DNA from: Daphnia carinata
Lineage: Eukaryota
Length of the DNA: 64,000 nt
NCBI RefSeq assembly: GCF_022539665.2
Contig: NC_081333.1
Coordinates: 4,650,001 to 4,714,000 of the forward strand
Direction: 5' to 3'
In this document: positions 1 through 13,039 of the stretch, piece after piece
Layout of the letters: every line of letters starts with the position of its first letter
Numbering within the stretch: position 1 is the stretch's first letter
The notes under the pieces: model-generated
Seen by the model: the letters and a program-made list of their open reading frames with translations, nothing else
Databases searched by the model: none
What the model was told of the DNA's origin: nothing
Program-made: the position numbers and the translations under genes

Positions 1-389
1 CAGGTGCTACCAGAGTACGGGAGGGAATGTGTCAGGTGCATGAAAGTGAAAAAGAGAGCCAACCACCCGTCAGCGATCACACGTCACACCCATCGGCCTC
101 GATGCGACACATCAAATTTGTCACGTCCTCCACCCCCCAAGTATAAACCCCTCCATCCTCTGTTTCTCGGCCTCTACCATGCCATACTTCTACCATCGTT
201 CTCCCTTTGTTTATAAGAACTTTCGTCGCGAAAAAAAAATAAAATATATAATCCATCGACGGACGACAGAGTGCGTGTACAACAGCTCAGTACGATAGTG
301 TGAAGCCCGGAACAGAAATGGACGGTAGGGCCATAGCAGAGGCCGTCACTTATAATTTGTATTGGTCATTAGCAACGCGTAGAGCTCTG

Positions 390-421
<32 letters not shown>

Positions 422-2869
422 TTCGGGTGACACAACTGTCTGGTGATAGAAGAACACGCATGTACTACACTCGTGTCGTGCCCTTTGTTCAATTTTTACA
501 CATGCAATTGTTTATGTTTATCATAGGGAATATGGAAGAATAGCGTGTGTGCTTTGTCATTCTCTTCCCTTCTATTAACGACCGGTACACTATATACTAG
601 GTCTATGTCGTATTTACCCCTTCCCGCTTTTACGTGTGTACAATTTATTGTTCATTGATGTACTGCCCTATCGCTACGTAGCGCCGCTCTTCTGCTACCG
701 GCGGACACCCGCCAACACTCATCACGCATTTATGATTTTTCTTAAGGCTAGCACACTATATACACTGACCGACTTTCCCAATCAGGCTTTAGATCCAATC
801 TTTGGCGTTCGAAACAACGCATTTATAAAAACGGAACACGCAATACAACGCCACGTGTTAGAGTATAGGCCTATAGATTTGTGTGCTAATTCCTTGATTT
901 ATAATTTTTTTTTTGTTGACACACGATAGCACAGTCGTAAATTTTGTGATGGTAACTCATTAATCCGGATATTATGATCTGGAAAGATGGTTAATCGTGA
1001 GCTGTCAATCGGTGAATCTAGTAAACCCATTTACCATACAGATATTGCTTTAAAAGTACTACCAAAGGTTCTTATTGGTCCATTAAATGTGACTTAGCCT
1101 GCCATGATTGATGACGTCTAAGACAGTGCCGTAAATTGATCGATGGTTTATATCGCGGACAACTTGGGAATAAGCAAATTTAAAATAAAAAAAAATTCCA
1201 GCACAGGTAATTCCGTTTGCATCTTTTGTTTTTACATAGCCTTACATACATCACTTTAAATTTTAATTATTTACCTCTAACACAGCTGGATTAGAAGATG
1301 ACAGCGCCTCTACTTGCTGCCGAAACATGTGCTTCCGCGAAATGAACAACTCAAGTACCTCGATATCTTGCTGATGTGAGTAAGCCTATAGTGTATAAAG
1401 TCTGTTGTGGTTAATCTGAATATTAAAGTTATATGCTGAAAAGCGCAACGGGACGCGCAGTTATTTCGTCGATGATGGAAATCGAAGAATGTGCCTTTTA
1501 CCTCTAACCGGTAAGTTTTCCTTATGATGACGTATAAGTTTGAATTAATTCCGGCGGCGTGTAAGCAAAAGGCAAATACGCAGGTTATACAAATACGCAT
1601 AACTTATCAAACGATCACACGGTAGGCTATACACAAACACACACAAAGTTTCGTTTACGGCTGTTGTCCTTTTTCTCTGTACAGCATCGGCTGATATAGA
1701 CGCCATCTCCGTTTATTTTACCAACACAAACTCGTCACTAATAGTGCAGCCCATACATGGCATGCCGTTTGTATTCGAAGCGTCCGTTTTGAAACATTTA
1801 CACATTCTCCTCAAATCATGAACATTTTGTTGGCGTCATTAAAAAGAAGCAGTTGCGCTAGTTGATGATTTGCGTTCCATTCGGCATCCACAACTGGATG
1901 CAAAAAAAACGCATTTCGCACGGGAACTAAATTGAACTAAAATCGTTTTGCAATGCAGCGTTCGAATAATCGCTCGTTAAATACGGTTTTGAATGATCGT
2001 CAACTAGTGATAAAGGCCATTGTCAGAATGCTGCCCCCTCCCCCCCCCCCCTCACAAAAAAAAACAAACAAACGGGGTGATTCGATATTTTGAGTGTTGA
2101 CGCTATAACTCCAGTTAAGCATAAAATCACGTTTCTGCAATGGGAGAGTCGACGTGCTTTTTACAAGTGGAGGACAGGCGGAACGGGAAGGGCAGACAGT
2201 CTGAACTGTTGACCATGTCAATACTCGGTTTGGAGCAAAGGGAAATTTGACAGGGAAAAAAGAAAAAAAAAGAGGAAAAAGGCGACCGAGAGTAAAAATA
2301 AAAATAAAAAAATCGTCAAAAATGAAAAGGCAACCCACGTCGTGTGTGAGTGGCGGCATCGACGCAAGGCGGAGTGGTGCGCGCGCACTGCGCGTTTAGC
2401 CCACGCTGGCCAAGGACCCCGAGTTCCGGCGCAGTCGTGTCTTCCACCCAATAAGGCAGAACCAAGATGGCGAGAAGCATCTAATGCAAGAGACAAAGGC
2501 TGCTCAAATATTGACACTCTGTGTCAAAGGAAAACCGAAAAAAGAAAAAAGGAAAAAAAACTCTTCACTCCCCCCTTCGTTTCACATATACCATTTATCA
2601 TGTAGCCTGCACCCCACCCGATTCTTCTTTGCTTTTCTCCTTACTTTATCTCTTACTATTTCATAATACAACCTCATCTTCTGAGATTCGTTTTCCATCA
2701 TATTTGAGTTTAAACACGGCCGTATGAGTTGATGCCAGGATTCAATATACGTTTCTTATCAAGGTGATACTACATTGAATGGCAGTTTCGTAGCTTCAAG
2801 GGAAAACGATATCTTAACTATAGTTTGTTTACGTGAAAATCGACACGCAGCCAAGTGAATTTCTTTTTA

Positions 2870-2874
2870 TTATT

Positions 2875-2959
<85 letters not shown>

Positions 2960-2960
2960 G
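2870..2960. repeat. Long poly(T) tract (about 60 nt) abutting a poly(G) tract (about 22 nt)
   Basis: Directly visible. Tract lengths may be affected by sequencing error. Confidence 0.9.
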
Positions 2961-5713
2961 AAGGACCAGAGCTTATTTGCATATTAGATATTAAAGCCAA
3001 CAATATTCTCGATTAAGATATGTACCTTCTCTATAATATGTCGCAGTCGTAGACTATAGCATATTAGCAAATGTATTTTGTTATCGCCTTCAAGTTTGCA
3101 TAACTGTAAATAGTTGCAGTTCAAATTTAACTAGCACCAACCAAGTTTCCTTTTTTTTTCTCTCTCTCTCTTTTTTTTTAGGCTAACTAAACAAAGTTAA
3201 TAAACAAAAAAAAAAAAAGAAAAGAAAAAAAAAGTCCATTTTTGAGTGCTAAGATAGTGGGGATTGTTGATTCCTGAACCAACATTTCCCGCGCCTTTTG
3301 AGTGTTCTTTTGACATGGTAGGGATGGGCCTTTTCCACGAGGGAGGAGGGCCTGCATTGGCTGTGAAACATAGAGGGAAAAATTTGTGCAAGATCAGCAG
3401 TTTCGGCAGTTTGGGTGGTCTTCGACTTTCGGTGTTGACACTTGAATCAGCCGTCTTGTTGTTTAAGCAGAATGGACTGCACAGGTACATTTCCCCCTTC
3501 CCATGCGACGAAGCCCGTCACGTGAGTGGTCAAAAAACGGCAAAAAAAAAAAGAATAAGTAAAAAATAAAAATTCAAACGAAACACAAAACCAAAAGTTG
3601 TCCCATCAAATCCGAGTGAAAGGTGGTTGAACAAAACTTTTATCATCCATTCCGTACACCCACTTTTCTTGTGTTGAAATATAGCTGTTTGTATACAGCA
3701 CAAAAACATCTTCAATCATCACTGAACATTGGACGAAGTGCCCTTATAAATGAAGTGTGGTTGTTATATAAGCTATTTTCTTAAAACAATCGATAAAAAC
3801 TAAAAATTTTAAAAAATCATAGTCTATACTGCGTGCAGAATTCGAACTATGAATGTGTTTATACGTTAATTATGCTACGAGACAAGTGTTCAAACAGGTA
3901 AATCTATCCTGCTAAAACATGGAGATACTAGATACGTGTTAGGACGTCTTTTATGGATGTTCAATTGATATTGATATCCGTTTCCTCGTAATTCCCCTGC
4001 CGACCTTTTATTTTAGACGATAACATCAAGTTAATAAACCGTGACGGATGACATGGCGAAAATCATGGGTCATAATACGAAAGAATATTTATCCTATCAT
4101 ATTTAGTCTGCCCGTATCGTGTAGGGAAATCTTTTCACGATTACGATGTAATATTGAGTAAGCTTACCAAAAACTAGATTGGCACGAAATATCTGCATAG
4201 AGCTCGGAGGACAGGTTATCAAGAGTTTTTTTATTGTTTTTTTTCTCACAAGGATAAGCCGTTGCTGTGTTTTCCTTACGCGGGTTCCAAAAATGGAACA
4301 TGGAGCTCTGAGGTTGAACGTCTTATCTCATCCCAGCAGCCATCTCTGCCCGTTTCTGCATATTTAAGTCTAGATATTAAATGCACACAGGGCGCATCCA
4401 TTCATAATACTCTTTAAAAAAAAAAAAAACGGGGAAAATGAAATACACTTTGTATAAAAACGGGAAAATTTTAAGCCACTGACGTTGAACGCATGCTCGT
4501 AACAAGCATTCGCGTCATAAGTTGACATTTTTTACTGTGCATATTTTTGTTCTTGTTGTTGGTTCAGAGAGGAGGGGTAGTACTAAGCAATACTTTGCAT
4601 GTGGCAGCATGGCACTTGGACGCTTTTATGATACTAGTTGTCATCCGCCTGTCATTTGGTTGTCCGTCGGTGTCACGTGACCCACACACGTTCATGCCAC
4701 CCTCCAAACTCGACAAAAAAGAACGACGTGTATCGCATCGTTCCACCCTGTATACCACTCGCTCTTTTTATTCACGGAACAAAGGACCCCTTACAAAAAT
4801 AGGGTAAAAAAAAAAAATAATAATAAAAAAAGAAAAAAGAGTTTATAACCGCCCCCACTCACCGCAGCTCTACTGTCAGTCTACCACCAAACGAGCTGCG
4901 GCACCTGCTAATAGTGTGATTCCAATGTGTAATATTTTGAGGCCAAACAATTTACAGAATCTATCAGACGGGATTATCGATTTCGTCATAATTCATGTAA
5001 AAAGACTACAACGGTTGAAGACGATGCGAAAGGGCAGGTGAAGGCACCGTGTCAAAAGTAATTCTAACATGATCAATTCAATTTTACCGCCCATCAGTCC
5101 TATTAGGTAAGAAGGGCGGGAGAACAAAATAGAATACAAGAGAAATAGGGCACATGTGAAAAAAAAGAAGAGCCAGGCACGTAGAATTCACTGGCAAATG
5201 GCGACGGACGGTTAACTTTTTTTTTTTTTTTTAGATTGACACTTCATCGAAGAAACATGGGCTACAATCGTTCTACATAAATGGCATTCGATTCGCGTCG
5301 CAAAACAGTATCTATTGTTGAAAGTGGAGAAGTAAAAAATGATGTACGCACTCGAGGACTAGTAAATGAATGTGTGCAAACTAGACCAGCTTAGCAGGTA
5401 TCCTTGCTGATAATGACATGCGGAAGAGCCTTTTCAACTCGCATTCAATAAGAAAAATACGCAATGGAATTGCAATGGCAGATCAACTCTAAAAGGGTTT
5501 TTTCCTTGGTTATCGTGAATCTTGACGGGTTCTATGAAACAGCTATCACTTACAAAAAAAAAAGAAATCCTAAGCTAATAACCTGGCGATTAAACAAGGT
5601 GCATTGTTCAAAAATTAGATTCGCCCTTTTCAAAGTCTCTTACGGTGTGGTAGGGCGAAACGTGTGGCGTTGAGCTATTTGATTTGGATTGATGCAAACG
5701 CTAGTTTGGGAAG

Positions 5714-8700
5714 TTATAGCTGAGTAATGGGTCCGACGACTTGGAGATAAGAAGGCAAGGAAGCGGGACCTTCCATTGACAATTGGCTTGCTCTACCGGA
5801 GTTGGAGTAAGTGCCGTATTCATTGGGCGTGGTGGAACAACTCGTCGCCAACGGTATGTTACTTTCAGTCGGCGAAGGCGGCACAGCTGAGCAATTGGAT
5901 GAGCTCGTATTGTGGATCGTAGTCTGCATTTCCAATTTTTTCCTCAGAACCGAGACTAGTCGTTCCAACCTGTTCAATCAAAACAAGAAAATAACATTCA
6001 TTTGTTTCTTTCCGTCTTCACGTCGAATCCTCAGCGGCACAGACGATGCAATTTTTAACAATCGAAACTAACTAAAAAAAAAAAAATCAATTATTCCCCC
6101 CGTTCATCCGAATCTCGTTTGGGAATTACATAGATAACGAGATGATCGACGAAAACTACAACAGCAATTCTAACCAGCAGTATAGCCTAGCCCCATTGTC
6201 GCCCCGCTTGAACTCATCCGGACTTCAAAGTGTATTGACTCATTGAAAAAGCAATGAAACTTTTTCGACAATTCTTTTCGTTAGCAACCAGAAGAAAGAA
6301 ATGTAGCTTCACGCCATATCGATCGGACGAATTGGAGAATCTAGCAGCGCACAAAATGAGAAAAAAAAAAAAAAAAGAAAAGGGAAAGAAAGAGAAGGCT
6401 CGTCCAGGAGAGAAGGGTAGAACTTTATTGAACTCGTGCGCGCTCTCTTCCTCTACCGAAATCCCCTCGAGCGAGTAAACCGCCCGTAAGCATTGACAAA
6501 ACAGAAAAAAGACTACTTGCTGCCTTCTATTATAAACCGACAGCGTTCTGTTCCTCGTCCTATCCTACCCTCTATTCCAGTTCCAGCAGCTCCCTCTGCT
6601 GTTTGAACAAGACGCAATATCAGTCGGAACTCACTTTCATTACAGCGTGACAAACTAGTTTCCCCTTGTCAAAGGCCACCACCCACTTACTGTTTAGAAT
6701 CCCTCTCTATCTCTCTGCCTTCCACCCGCCCCGTTGCTTTTCCCTACACTTCAACGCTGCACTCAATCAAGCCTACAAGAAGCGATCGACTTCAAAATCC
6801 TCATTTGAAAGACGGCGAAAAACAAAAAATCTAAAGGAAAACCATTTCAAAATAGTTTTTAAATTGAAATAAAAAACACGTAAATAAAATAAATAAAAAT
6901 ATACCTATTTAATAACAAAAGAGAAAATGAAAAGAAAGGGAGATAAAAACACGTGCGTAGACATGTCAATTAACTACAATTAGGCTAAATAACCAACGAA
7001 TCATGTTTAGGTGAAAACCAAACACAAAGAAAAACTTTACATCTGAAATGAACTGATTTCTACCTTGGCCAAATTGAACAACGCGAAAAAGGCTTAGCTT
7101 TTCTTCCTTTCAATTTGTGTTAAGTCGGTACGTTACTGGAGCTGATTGTCATCCCCACGGCCGTACAATAATACATACCGGTATAAGTTGCACAACGAAT
7201 TGCTTAATAATATCACGACTATCAATTATATCTAAACGACGTATGTAAAACTTACTTGATGACACGGTCTTCCGAAAGACGTCGAGTGCCAATCGAATCC
7301 TGAAGCTGGTGTTCCAGTTGGCGTCGGTCGCGTTCCACTGTCGCCAATTGGATTTCTATGTCCCGCTTCAGTGTAGGCCCGACCATAGATGTCGTGTTCG
7401 GAATCAAGACGTTGCTGTTGGGCAGGTATGTCCGCCCTTCGGGAAGCTGTCGGCTGGTTGGATGGTGTAGATGCGCTAAACCTGAATTTATCAAACCAGT
7501 TCCACCTTCAGAGTGGGTTTGTCCAATTCCGAACGAAACGTAAGAAACAAAAAATGAACGTTAATATTTTAAAGGAACTTTGGATGGACGCAAGTGATAA
7601 TGGCGGTAAGAAAACGAAACCCAGATACATGAAAGAGCGACATTTCATGACACAAATGAAGGAAAAGAAGCACAATTAACTTTTTGTACCATAGTGTTTG
7701 GAACTGGCAATATCAAGGTCTTCAAGCGATGGGGGATCCGACGTAGAAGGTGAAGTCATTGCAAACGAATGATTCCGGGATACTTTGTTGAATGTAAGTA
7801 AATCACCCATACACCGACTGCAAAACAAAGCCCATAAATAAAGAAGCATACACTGCGTGTTAACATCGCTGTACAAACACCCAAGGCGCTAATCAGAGGA
7901 ATGCATGGCACATATTAAAGTTTAAACGCGAGTGGAAAGTAATTCATTAATTCAAGGTAAAAACCCCCATTTAACTCTGGATAATTATTCCCCACTGCTT
8001 ACAAATAGACGTAACGTTTCATTTGTAAATAAAGCGATCCCGACTATATTAATATTAAAGCGCTTTGGGACCGAAAGATTTAAAAAGGTTTACTTATGGG
8101 GGTTTACTGGGCCGGTTTAAAAAAAAAAGGAGGTGAATCCCTCGCATCTTGAAAATGCTGGACATTCCAAACATTCATAATACCCTAATTGTAAGACACA
8201 ATTAATGCGAGAGATAGCCATTTAGCTGTCATCGAAACAACATATTTCATACGTAGCTGTTCCATTTAAAAGAAAGAAAGTGAAAGCGAAACAAAATATT
8301 AGCTTCTGGATAATTTTAGGCCGAGTTCCCCGAAAAACTTAAATACCGTACCAGACACTAGAATAATTTACGACATGGCTATTTCTTGATCTTATGCGAA
8401 CAGCACCCAATTAAGCACACAAAGCGTTTTTGTTTTTAAAAGTTCGTTCCCGATATTTCCATTGCTCCCCCCCCCCTAAAACACAATTCAAGAATTTGAT
8501 TAAAGAAGAAACATGAACTGGACAATTGATAACAAAACCTTAGCCTTTAAGAACTATATCACATGAGGCAATCACTCCTGCGTCTTAGTCTATAGTAATT
8601 CCATATTTATAGAAAAATAAGCGGCTTCCGAAGCCCGAAGTGCAGGGAATGCACAAATGAAATCCATTGCTTTCTATGTCAAAATAATTATAGTAATCTC

Positions 8701-11700
8701 GCAAAACAAAGAAGTAATAAACAACATGGGAGAAATAGGACAAACAACTATTATTTTGCCTATCCGCAGATGTCTATACAGTTCATATTACTCCGAAAAC
8801 CGAAAAACCTTGGTCAGCCCAACGAAGTAAAGTATACCGAAAGATCAAACATTGGACACGATTCGAAATTTATCGATTTCACGGACTGACCTGGTGTTCA
8901 TGGGGGAGCGTTGCTCTGTGCTTTGTGGGCCATACGGCCCTTCCGGTGCCACGTTGTTCCACTGAATAAATAAAAACAAAAATTAATGAATAAACAAAAA
9001 ACAAAAAAAACTGTACACTACAAAATAATGAGAAAAAATTGTTGTGGCAAGCACTCGGGACTGCCAAACCATTATTCATATTTATCTTGTCGCGAGCTAT
9101 GATAACGTAAATTGGGGAGGATCCATTTAAACGCTATGTTTCTCTATTCCGACAGTGTTTCGTCTTGTAAAACTATGAAACCACAATTCATAAAGATTAT
9201 TACATACAATCTTCTACTTTTTAAAAGGACGATGCTTTCATTTTATCCTTGCGTCACTGTGCTACGGGCAAGTCTCACGATTTCTTGCAAAAGAATAAGT
9301 TATTAATATTAGGCATCACATGGCACTGACTGTCGGTGGGAAAATCTTCCTTTTCCATGGGATGCCGAACAAACAACCGAGAAAGAGAAACCCAGCAGCT
9401 AATGGAAACGGGCCCGAAATCAAAAACGCTTACCACTGCCCCACATCATAACCAGGCCTCATACTTTCTTGCCACATTCACCCCGATTATTGCGACAGGC
9501 GCGTCTGTTTCCACGTTCACCTTCTGGCGACGGGCGGAAAGCTTTCCCTGCTCCGAATTTCGTAATTAGTTTAGACAAAAACTGATGAACTCCCCTTTAA
9601 CTGGAAATAGTGAATAGTGTGCCACCTATAAAGCAAAACATGAACTGTTCATCCACCATTCCGCTTTTGAACAGATTCAAACATTAACTAACGAAACTCC
9701 ATTAGCATTTGCATGTGATTTCTCAGAAAGTAAATTTTTCTTTGCGTTAGCATAAATAAAAATCGACCTAGATGAGGGAACACTTAAAGCCCTTTCTCTC
9801 CTCCCCCAACCAGAAAACGGAAAACAAACTAGGACGACGACCGGTGCGGAAATCCGATACGCCAGAACACTGCCCTGGATATTAAAAATAAAAAAGGAAG
9901 GGGGGGGGGGGAGATTGAGCAAAGAGAGTGCTAATATTGACAATGCTCAACAAGAAAGGTCAACCTCCCTTCCCGATGGACAACCGGGAGACGCAAACAG
10001 ACTCTCACATTCACAACGCATACATTGGGTTGAAACTTGAACTTGCGTACACACATCTCCAACCGTAGGTGGAATGAAGTACAGCGTTATTTTTGTGCAA
10101 GATCCTAGTTTAACCTTATAATTATGGTTAATTTCTGCTAAAAACATTTGTCTTTAGCCGATTGCTTACGCTATGCGCGATCACAGCTTAAATGTTAATA
10201 GTTAGGCGTGGATAGTTGACACTTAAAGCCTACCGCAGTAACTGAATAATGACCTCTCCGTAACATTCGCAACGAAATTTACATTACAATCTAACAGCCT
10301 AACTGTAATATGCTAACCACAACGAAAAACACAGCAAAATGCCCTTAAACGAAGGTAAAAGAATATTGCCATCTAATTTTTAATGTTCTCATGAAATGCA
10401 ACGAGGATAGAAATCTGAATATGAGGGCTCAATGGCTGTCATTGACATAGCGAACTCTTTTAGCCTTAATCATCAACCACACCTTAATAAATTTAAACGC
10501 TCTTTTAATCACTTAAAACGATTACCACCTATACATCGGGAAATTGCTAATAATTACCTGAGCATTCCGAAGCCGCTGGATTTTCTTTTCAGTTGTTTGC
10601 AATCTGGAAATCAACGCTTCTCGTTCTCTCAGCAACGAATCCTCAGGGTCGTCGGAATCGAACTAAATAATTTGGTGGAAAAGAAAGCGTTTTAGAAAAA
10701 GATTGACTTCAGCTCTACTCTAGGTTTTCCACCTTATACAATCTATGCGATTTCATGTAAAACGAAAGTTTTTGCATGAACAATGCCAATTTCTTTAAAA
10801 TAACGAATTATAATATGAAGAACTCAACGTATTAAACATGCGATGAATTCAATGGATTTCATATGTGTGACTAATATTTTAGGTCATGATGGGAAAGTAA
10901 TAGATGTTAAGTAAGCTGGAAGAAAAATGATTTGAGATAGTATTCCATTTGAACCTTAAGTTTTTATCACTAGCTAAGCTGACTTGGTATGATTCACCAA
11001 TGCAAGCATTTTTAATAGAAGATACGTTGAAAAATGAATGTATATACAGGCATTTACTTTGTTTGATGCAAAACTGCTTCTCCTTCCACATGACTCTCCT
11101 GATTTACTCCAATTGGAAAGTACATCACTTCTGATGTGATGAGCTTCATACAGCTTCCTTACAAGTGCTATGAAAAAAGAATGACATGACATGCAGCACA
11201 ATGATGGAGCCAGTGAATTCTACCTGCCATAGAACCTGGCTGATGTTCATTGCTGTGTTGTTGGGTTAAATGGAGTTTCATGTTTGCCTTATGGAGCTCC
11301 AGACAAAGTTGCCTATTAAAGTCACGGGCAGTTTTTAGCTCTTGAAGCAAATTGTTCAACATCCTATCTTTACTTGCTTCATCTAGATTTTGAAAGTTGA
11401 AAAGCAAACAGATGGCTAACAGTTATGAATTTGCTTATTTTTTTGTGGGTTTTTTACCAATGCGTTGATTTTCAGAATGGTTCCATTTTTCTTCAAAGGG
11501 CACATACACTTTACTCTTGTGGGAGTGGAAGGGTTTTCCATCATTATCAGTATCACATATTCTTGGCCCAGGGTCACTGAATCTTCGTGAAGGCTTTGTG
11601 TTTCCAAATACTGACGTGATGTCTTTGTTAACCTTAGGCTTGGGTGGAAGACTCCCAAAATTTTCCACAGGAAACCACTGGGCGTTAAGCTGTGGAGTCA

Positions 11701-11845
11701 CGAAATGAAGTGGAATAGGGAATGCAAGCTGTTGGGCAGGATGTTGCCAAGGCATAGCCATTCCGTAAGACCAAACTGCAGGATTAGATGAAAACCCTGT
11801 TCGGTGTTCTGGAACCAATCTATAGCCATCAGTGGAGGGAAGCAT
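5714..11845 (-). CDS. MIPOL1: Mirror-image polydactyly 1-like (MIPOL1-like) coiled-coil protein, 8 coding exons, about 469 aa
   Basis: Exons 11845-11515, 11382-11224, 11167-11058, 10662-10558, 8961-8891, 7817-7690, 7505-7256 and 5969-5714 join in frame through GT-AG introns (1410 nt). KDRMLNNLLQELKTARDFNRQL, ALVRKLYEAHHIR, SLLREREALISR and VIKLERLVSVLRKK parallel, as I recall them, MIPOL1 KEKTIAFLLKELDILR, ALVEEVYFAQKER, ALIEERDAALSK and VQKLERLVDVLRKK. The exon 1 donor is the least certain. Confidence 0.72.
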
Positions 11846-13039
11846 GGCCTTATTACCAGCGATAATCAGAATAGTTCAAGGCCCTATCCAATTAGTTTCC
11901 TCAAACTGGATCCAGATGAAACTGAAACAGCTACCCAAATGTAGGAAAGAGCACCCGAGGTTGTTGACATTCGATAAACGAACCTATTACGACATGTCAT
12001 GCAATAGCTTGAACTGCTAAAATTGATGGGGAACAATGTTTACTTTTACGTTGAAAGCTCACAAATTAATAAGAAGGTTTAAAAAAATGCGTTACGTACG
12101 AAATGCTGCATTATTCTTCTTTAAAAAGGCCCTAACTTTACTAATCTGTTCAGTAACTTATCGCCGCTTTATTTACAACTATACTCGACAAGTCTTATAT
12201 CATAGTACGTCAAATATCAACTATCGAAGTTTCTTGCAGTAATACTAGTAGAATAGAAATCCAACGCATAGAAATTACTACTAGTTTAACCCAATAGATG
12301 GCGTCTTAGCTATAGAGAAAACCAGTATAGCCTTAGTTGGCGCGCCAGTGTTTTGCGCATTGTTCTGCCGAATAAGGAAAAGGTTTCTTCGAATAAGAAT
12401 AAGAATAACATACTGCAATGTAACAATGACATAATAACGAAATGAACGGAAATTTTAAGAATGAAGAGTAAAAATAATGAATAAAAATTCATATTATAAG
12501 AATTGAGAATATTAATAAATTTATTTATATTTTTATTTCGAATAAGTTTGGTATAAATTTTCGAATAAAATGACTAATCTTGGTTTTAAAAAGTTTACGA
12601 TTGTTTTTTTCAAAGACAACAAACAATATATGAGGCCTCATTGTATTTCTCAACAAGATAAACTGAATCCGACGAGTTATACAAATACAAATGAGGCTTC
12701 CCACTGACTAGTGCCCCAGAATCTTTTCCCGTCGTATACGAAACTTTTCGCCATCTTGAAGGCAACGTCAACACAGGACCCATATCAACCGTAAGGCAAT
12801 ACATTAATTTTAAATTAAAGTTAACTGTTAGGATAGTGTAATGTCTGATAAATAATTCTATCCTTCTTAAAAAATATGAATATGGGAGATACTAGTTATC
12901 TTAGGAATAGTAGAAATTGGCATAAATAGGACTCCGTTACCACCCCTGATGTGTTATCAACAAGAAAGCTTGATATTAGAGGATTTTTTATGCCAATTGA
13001 TTACGTATAGTAGGTAAAACGTTAAATAAATTATTGGTA

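Noticed and set aside
2818..3003. Poly-Pro/poly-Lys ORF
   Set aside because: It is only the translation of the poly(G)/poly(T) homopolymers.
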